Part shown: in pieces, positions 56,261-64,000 of the stretch
How the letters are laid out: each line of letters opens with the position of its first letter
How positions within the stretch are numbered: position 1 is the stretch's first letter
Assembly: GCA_033442325.1 (NCBI GenBank)
Contig: JAWQFM010000030.1
Location: 746,186 to 810,185, forward strand
Source: Salpingoeca rosetta
Taxonomy: Eukaryota > Protista > Choanoflagellata
Length of the DNA stretch: 64,000 nucleotides
Direction of reading: 5' to 3'
The notes under the pieces: model-generated
The model's database searches: none
What the model saw: only the letters and a program-made list of their open reading frames with translations
What the model was told of the DNA's origin: nothing
Translations under genes and position numbers: made by a program

Positions 56261-59200
56261 AGCGGCTCTTTGCCTTTGCCTTCTCTTTTTCTTTTTTTGT
56301 CTTGCTCATTTGCATCCTTCCTCTCATGTATGCCAATCCATCGAGCGGCAGCTGTTTGAATCGCTGCTTTGCCCTCGTGCACTTTGCCTGCAGGCACCGC
56401 AATCTAGATTCAGTGATTCTGCTAGATCTAGATTTGTGACTGGATCTAGCAAGCACGCACAGCTTCACTGCATCAAGATTGTTCACACTGCTCACACCCC
56501 AGATTCCCCTGGCCCGTGACCAACCAATGCTTGCATGCATGCAATGCCCTTGCGCTTGGGCTGCACAGCTGCACAGCTGCACTGGTGCCTCGCGACGCAG
56601 TGTTCAGACACTACTCATCACAGTGTTCAACCTTTTTTCGTCACAAGATCGCACTTTTTCTGCACCCCTTTTGACTTCACCACCCCAGTCTCCCTACTCC
56701 GATGATCAACTGAGCAAGCGAGCAAACGTCACTGCACCGTGCTATGAGCTGCAGCAGCAGGCACAAGACCACGTGGCTGGCTTGCAGGCACACGTGCGCG
56801 CGAGCACAGTGCGCTGTGCGCACTTCTACTTGCCTGCAGGCACGCAGCGCTGAAGCAAGAAGGAGCAAAGCAGAGGAACTGAGGAGTAGAGAAGCAAGGA
56901 TGGATTCCTTTCCATGTGATTGCACAAGAGACAAGCAAGCAGGCAGAGAACGACGAGGAGCAGCGCAAGGGACACGTGTGCACATGTGTGTACATGCGTT
57001 TGTGTGTAGATGTTGCCTGCAGGCACGAGAACGTGTTTCTGATTAAAGTGGATTGGATGAGTAGCAATCCTCTGCTCACTGCAGACACACTTGCATGCGA
57101 TTGTGCAGTGCTGCTGCGTTGCTTACAAGCATTGGCAGCTTCTTCTACTTGCATTGGATTCACTGCACGACGATCCCTCTGCTCACTGCAGACACACTTG
57201 CATGCGATTGTGCAGTCCTGCTATGTTGCTCGCGAGCATTGGTTAGTTCTCCTAATTTAAATGGATTCGATGAGTAGCAATCCTCTGCTCACTTCAGACA
57301 CACTTGCATGCGATTGTGCAGTGTTACTGTGTTGCTCGCAAGCATTGGTAGCTTCTCCTGCATTGATTGAATTCACTGCACAACGATCCCTGTACTCACT
57401 GTTGTGTTACTCGCAGGCACTCACAACATCTCCTACTTGCATTGGATTCACTTCACCACATCCGTCTACTCACTCGCAGGCACTCACAACTTCTCCTGCT
57501 TGCATTGGATTCACTCCATTCCATCCGTCTACTCACTCGCAACTTCTCCTGCTTGCATTGGATCCACTCCACGACATCCGTCTACTCACTCGCAAACACT
57601 CACAACTTCTCCTGCTTCGATTGGATTCACTCCACTGCATCCGTCTACTCACTGTTGTGTTACCTGCAAGCACTCACAACATCCCCTGCTTGCATTGAAT
57701 TCACTCCACGACATCCGTCTACTCACTCGCAAACACTCACAACATCTCCCACTTGCATTGGATTCACTCCACCACATCCGTCTGCAAGCACTCACAACAC
57801 CTCCTGCTTCCATTGGATTCACTCCACTACACCCCTCTACTCACTCGCAAGCACTCACAACATCTCCTGCTTGCATTGGATTCACTCTACAACATCTGTC
57901 AACTCACTGCTGTGTTACTCGCAGGCACTCACAACATCTCCTGCTTGCATTGGATTCACTCCACTCCATCCGTCTACTCACTGTTGTGTTACTTGCAAAC
58001 ACTCACAACTTCTCCTGCTTGTTTGGATTCACTCCACTACGTCCGTCTACTCGCTGCAGACGCTTCATGCGTACGCTTGCTTGCTCTGTGCGTGTTGCTT
58101 GCAAGCACCCACAACTTTCCTTGCTTCCACCTTGTTCACTTCACAACACTCCTCCACTCGCTCCCCACTGTTCCACAGCATCACCCATCATGCCTGCATG
58201 CACCTGCAACCGACCCTTTATCAATCCACACCATCACTCACACACCGCTCTGTCACTCCCTCCTCGCCACTTCACTCCACGCCACTTCACTCAGCAGCAT
58301 CGCCTCGCTTCGTGGATTCACGCTCCAACATCACCTGCGCTTCCTCTCTCGCCCCCAGCAGCGATATGTTCAGGTGCGTAAGAAGCTCGCTGCAATCGCC
58401 TTCTCCTCTTCCCACTTTACCTTCTCTCTTCGCGCATGCTTGCTACTGCTTGTAATGTCTGTGCTTCTGCTTCCTTTGCTCCACCGCCACGATCACAACA
58501 CAACACAACACATCCATGCATGTGCCGCTTTGTCCCTTTGTCTCACCCTTCACTCACTTGCTTCCTTCCCTCTTCCCTTTGCCTTTCCACATTCCATGTG
58601 TTGCATTGTTGCTTTGCACTTGTTGCCACATGCTTCATTCACCCTTGTCTCTCCCTCTCTTCCATCCACTCACCGCCACGCAGCACCTCTGCACACAACA
58701 TCACTCATCCTTCACTTCATTTCACACAACACAACACCACAACACAACCCACCGTGTGCATTCGTGCTTCCCTTCGTCCCCTTCTGTCACCACCTTGTCA
58801 CCACCAGCCTTGTTTGTCTATTTCACCTGCGTTCCAGCCCCTCCTGTCCTGTTTCAATTCTTGCCACTGCTACTGTTGTTTCCATGTGTTTGCATGCCTG
58901 GCCTTGTCCATGTTCACTACTTTGTGCCGCCACCCTTTCCCTTTCCCCTTTCCCTTACCTTTCCTGCCTCGTTCATGTTTCATGCTGCATGTGTTGCAAC
59001 ACATCATAAACCCATCAAGCCCACACTGCCGCCTTCTTCACCGTCAGCCCTGTTCACATCCACCACTACCACCGCCAGTCGCTGCCATCGTCACTCCCTT
59101 CATCCTTTCCCCGCACTCCCACGTTCACAGCTGCTGCTGTCCTCACCTGCATGCAACACCCACTCCACAGCCACACTCCCAGCTCACCACCAATCCAATC

Positions 59201-60509
59201 ACATCACACACACCGTGTTTACTGCAGTGCAACCATCAACGCCCATCCACCAACACCAGCATCACACGATACACACGGCTGCACATGCGTGTTGCATTGT
59301 ATGTTTCCACTTCACTTCAACAACACGACAGCAAGCAAACACACACACAGGTGGTAAGAACAAGCGAGAAAGCATCCCCATATCAACTGCAAGCAACACA
59401 CACACACACACAACACACACAACAAGCGACAGCTCCATGCTGTGCCACACAGCTTCACTCCCCCATCAACCGCCATCATCACCCTCAGCCAACAACAACA
59501 ACAACAGCAGCAGCAGCAGTGTGCATGCTGTGGCAAGAGAGAACAGAGAGAACGGAGAGAAAGGGAGGGGAGGAAGGATACAGGGGAGAGAGACGTGCAC
59601 GCTGTCAACAACAACACAACACACATACACAATCAACACCACGCGCTCACGCTCCCCTCCTTCTCCAACGAGGTGCGTGGTCTATGGCAGCCCCACGTCT
59701 TGCTTGCTTGTCCTGTGTCCATGCTTGCTCGTGTGTCCTTGCTTGGTTGTGCGTGCCATGCCATGGGTTCCAACAAACAGCCTGCACTTCCCCTGCACAA
59801 GCGTCCATGTGCTTGTGTGTGTGCGTGTGAGGGGATGACGAAGAGGGAAGAGGGAAGGGAGCAGAAGAAGAAGAAAGGGAGAGGTGGGATGTGCGTGAGC
59901 ACAGACGATGGTGATGGGCGCACACGATGTGGCTGTGATGAACACACACACACACAGACACAGCGAAGCAGCAACGCACAACAGACACAACAGACACAAA
60001 CAGGGGGGAACGAGAGCAGCAGTAGCGCAACACACACACACACACACACGCACCAAGGGAAAGGACATCAGCCAGCCAGCAACATCCAACACCCCTTGCA
60101 TCCACTGGTCTATCCATGCAGCACCAGTGGTGGTGGCAGAGGGAGAGAAGGAAGAGTATGCCCTGCCTGCTTGGCTGCCTGTGTGAGGATGTGTGCCTGC
60201 ACACCCACTCACTCACTGTGTGTGTGTCTGTGTGTGCCTGTGTGTGTCACCATCCAAATATACACACATGTGTGTGAGACAGAGAGAAGCAACCAGCCAC
60301 CACTACACAAACACACACACAGTGTGAATCACAAGCAGGCACAGCATGAACGACATGCACACAGTCACAATCACAGTCACGCACATGCAAGTGCAACGCA
60401 CCGTGAGGTAGGCATCAGACTGCCTGTCAGCGTGTGCGTGTGCGTGTGTTTTCACACTCATGTGTGTGGGTCGATGCAGCCCATTATCCCTCTCTGAGCG
60501 TGTGTGAGC
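56261..60509 (-). repeat. rDNA upstream spacer/subtelomeric block; inverted partner of 13832-17710
   Basis: Colinear reverse-complement similarity with many substitutions and indels; ends at the gap 60510-60609. Confidence 0.9.
57050..58120 (+). repeat. Tandem spacer subrepeats (CTTGCATTGGATTCACTCCAC..CATCCGTCTACTCACTCGCA..CACTCACAAC), more than 12 degenerate copies
   Basis: Units of about 50-75 bp visible directly in the sequence. Confidence 0.9.
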
Positions 60510-60637
60510 NNNNNNNNNNNNNNNNNNNNNNNNNNNNNNNNNNNNNNNNNNNNNNNNNNNNNNNNNNNNNNNNNNNNNNNNNNNNNNNNNNNNNNNNNNN
60601 NNNNNNNNNATGCTCACCGCCTTGCTTGCATGCATCA

Positions 60638-62201
60638 GATGTATCTGTTTGGAGGCATTTCGCCGGGCAACGCCTCCTTGTCCATTCCATTTTACAATCC
60701 CGTGGACGCATTTAGCCGCTCCATTGACAGCGACATCGGCTCCATCTCAGACATGTGGCGCTTTGATTTCGACACCAACCAGAGTAAGTCACTGAGTGTG
60801 CGAGTGTGTGTGTGTGTGCGTGTGTGTGTATGTTTGTGTGTGTTTGTGTGTGTGTGTGTGTGTGCGTACGCGCGCGCCTTGCTTTGTCAAGAGGTCGTTT
60901 TCTTGTTTTGTCATTCAACTCATGCTGTGTACCCAATATGCACCCTCTTCACAGCAACCGCCAACGTGACCCTGCTCCTCGCCTCCAACCAAACCGATGT
61001 CGGTGATTGGGGAAGCGGTGATGTTAGCGATGACCACACCGCGCTCGTTACCGTGCCTCACACACGCACGCACACACACACACACATGTGCAATGAAACT
61101 GACCACACTCTCCCGTATTCACCCTCGCTGTCAGCAAGCACGCTCATGTGCATTCAAACTACCCCCTTCTTCTTTTTACCCACCACGTGCCTGCAGGACT
61201 TTGTGTTGCGCAATCGCGGGGCGCTCGTACCGCTGTCGTCCACGCAGTTGGTGCTGCTGGGCCTGTTTGGTCTGACGGAACCACGGTCCTCCATTTCATC
61301 CTTCATTTACGACATCCCAACAGGGTAGGGCTCGCAGAAGTTGTGTGGGTTGGGAGAAGCAGGGGGTGGGGAGGGGTGAGGGATGATGTAAAGACGAGAG
61401 AGGGAGAGAGAGAGAGGGGGGGGGGCACAGGAAGGGGTGAGACAATAGGATGGCTCATGTATGCACGCACTGTACTGAGGCTGCTTGCTGCTGGAGCTTG
61501 TGTGCACACGAACATGATACATACATGACAGTATTTCTATTCTCGTGAACATGACACAAACATTGTGCACTGCCACCTCACACTCGCTCGCCCACTGCAA
61601 CGTGTACGGCCTGCCGAATTGCCTGCAGGCAATTTGACACGACAGCCGTGAGCCCTGCTGTGGATGACGTGGCGCTGCCTGCGCTTCTTCTTGATGACGA
61701 TCGCCCGAGTGGCGGATTCTCCGTCTCAACAGTCCAGGGCATCTCATTCATCTTCGGTGCGTACGAGAGTGTGTGTATCTAGTTGCTGTTTTGTTTCCTT
61801 TGTGTGTGTGTTGGAGTGTGTGTAGGAGTGTGTGTAGGAGCGTGTGTAGGAGTGTGTATACACTCGTATCTTTATGCCTCCGCAGGCAGTACAGCATTGA
61901 CTAACTGTTCCACGCTCATGCTCGTGCATGTGCTCGCATTCACATTCACATTCACATTCACATTCACATTCAAATGCGCGCGTGTGCTCTCTGCTCCAGG
62001 CCACCTGTTTGAGTTGCGCTCTGGTGATGAAATGCGACTGTGGACAGCCCGTCCCATCAGGTGCAGGCTGCAGTGGAGACTGGAGGAGGGTGTGGTGGTT
62101 ATTGTGTGCGTGTTTCTGGTTGTGCATGTCATATTTATGCGTCCTGCTGTCACTTGCAAGCACATTCCTTGCCACACACACATACACACACACACACACT
62201 T

Positions 62202-62257
<56 letters not shown>

Positions 62258-62533
62258 ACTCACTCTCCCTCTCTCACGCTCGCTGCCACATTCTCTCATC
62301 CCACATTGTCTCGTCCCACATGCGCCTGCCACTGTCCCCCCCCCCTGTCTCGACTCTGCAGTGACTTTCGTGGCACATCGACCATCCTGCGATGGCAGGC
62401 GGACGTTGCGCGCCTTCAGCCCGTCGCCCGCACCGGCGCTGCCACCATGAGGGGACCAGGGGGCGTTGTCTATGTGTTTGCCGGTTTCAGTGGCATCCTC
62501 CTCTCAGACCTCTGGAAGGTGCGGCGCGTGCTC

Positions 62534-62594
<61 letters not shown>

Positions 62595-63730
62595 GGGGGG
62601 AGGGGGAACTTGCGTACGTGCGCTTGTGCGTGAGTGAGTTCGTGCGCTTGTGCGTGTTTGTGCCTGCAAGCAACCGACGATGTCTCAAGACCACCGTCAC
62701 AATCCTTGCCACCACTGCACGTGTGCATGTGTGTATGTGTTCACGTGCGATTTGCAGTTTACGCCGCCCGATCGCTGGGAGCACCTGCAGCAGCAGTCTG
62801 GAATGCGTCCCCGTGCGCGCGTGGAGCATACGGTAGCGCCCCTCGACAACTTCAACTTTCTCATCTTTGGCGGCGCGGCGGCAACCGTGAGTTTGCAACT
62901 GTGCTGTTTACTGCGAATGTGCGCGCGCATGCGTGCAGGCTTGCGTGTGTGACTGCTGTTATTTTGTGTGTGTGTGTGTGAATGTATGTGCGTGTGTGTG
63001 CTTCATTGTGTTGTGATTGTGTCGCTCTTGTTCGTCGGCGCTGTTTCTCCATGTCTGCTCCTTTCTCGTCTCACCTTCAACCAAGTCATCCTTCATCACT
63101 TTCACCATCACCATCACCATCACCATCACCATCACTATCACCATCACTATCACCATCACCATCACCATCACCATCACCATCACCATCACCATCACCATCA
63201 CCATCACCATCACCATCACATGCAGTCGTGTCTGGCGGACTTGTGGCGGTTCGATGCAAACACGGAGCAGTGGACGTTTGTGAATGACTTTGCGAGCGAG
63301 TCAGGTGATTGGACGGATGCAGCTCATGTCGTTGGTGCTCTGCAATGGGTGTTGTCTTTTTTGCTTTCTCGATTGTGCCCCACCTTGTCCTGCAGCAAGG
63401 GAACAACACAACAAAAGCAGCGCTTGCTAGCATTGTTCCCTGTCAACAATTCAAATGCCCTGCTCACGGTGCCCATCTTGTCACCCTCCTTCCCACAATC
63501 CCCATCACTTCCTCTCCCGCAACCCGTCACATCCATCATCCAACAAATCCACCACCCATCACGACACGTCACGCCACATCAGCTGTGGCATCTGGGTTCC
63601 GTGGGCACTCGATGGTTCTGCACAATGACCGCCTGCTTGTGTTTGGTGGCAAGTGCGGCGACGACAACTTCGACTCCACTGTCTTCATCCTCGACATTGC
63701 TGCCCCGTTCTCCGTCACCACCGTCAACGT
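60638..63730 (+). CDS. Kelch-repeat protein, multi-exon, partial
   Basis: Exons MYLFGGISPG..SDMWRFDFDTN, VYVFAGFSGILLSDLWK, EHTVAPLDNFNFLIFGG, LADLWRFDANTEQW and FRGHSMVLHNDRLLVFGGKCGDDNFDSTVFILDI. Confidence 0.85.
63103..63219. repeat. (CACCAT)n hexamer repeat, intronic
   Basis: About 19 copies directly before the AG acceptor of a Kelch exon. Confidence 0.9.
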
Positions 63731-63916
63731 GCGATTTTTGTTGTGTGTGTGTGCGCGCGCGTGTGTGTGTGTGCTGTGTGTGCTGTATTTGTTCGTTTGT
63801 TCGTTTGTGGTGTTCTTGCTGCTTTGTGTGCACAAACAACACAAACAACACAACTTAACCACAACACCTTAAGCCACACACACACACACACACACCCACA
63901 CACCCACACGCAAACG

Positions 63917-63947
<31 letters not shown>

Positions 63948-64000
63948 CCACACACCCCCCCCCCCCCCAAACACAAAAAAACACACACACGGAAACAACC

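Noticed and set aside
57050-58120. Possible CRISPR-like array
   Set aside because: Degenerate tandem units without unique spacers, in a eukaryotic rDNA spacer, with no cas genes.
62968-63858. Poly-His protein
   Set aside because: Derived from the intronic (CACCAT)n repeat within the Kelch gene.

Overview
Eukaryotic protist scaffold. The (CA/GT)n-rich introns, TTAGGG telomeres and expanded rRNA suggest a choanoflagellate, probably Salpingoeca-like; this is inference, not a database match. Host genes on the flanks: a Cys-rich TNFR/GCC2-GCC3-like gene, a degenerate GH3 glycosidase, an exostosin (GT47) gene and a Kelch-repeat gene. The centre reads: gap, about 60 copies of CCCTAA (17853-18210), a 135-bp inverted copy of 28S rDNA, then a compact intronless ~28.5-kb Polinton-like virus (PLV). 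The virus encodes an A32-type packaging ATPase, a protein-primed PolB with a putative OTU protease domain, two penton-like proteins, three tandem major-capsid-like proteins and a terminal I-PpoI-family His-Cys box endonuclease. No integrase was recognised. The right end of the virus joins a minus-strand rDNA unit (18S-5.8S-28S) whose 28S stops at ...AAGTTACC, just before the peptidyl-transferase-centre sequence GGGATAAC. Main hypothesis (inference): an integrase-less PLV enters subtelomeric rDNA using a homing endonuclease plus rDNA homology and becomes the telomere-capped chromosome end. A diverged inverted copy of the rDNA upstream spacer left of the gap suggests the scaffold joins two rDNA-bearing chromosome ends.
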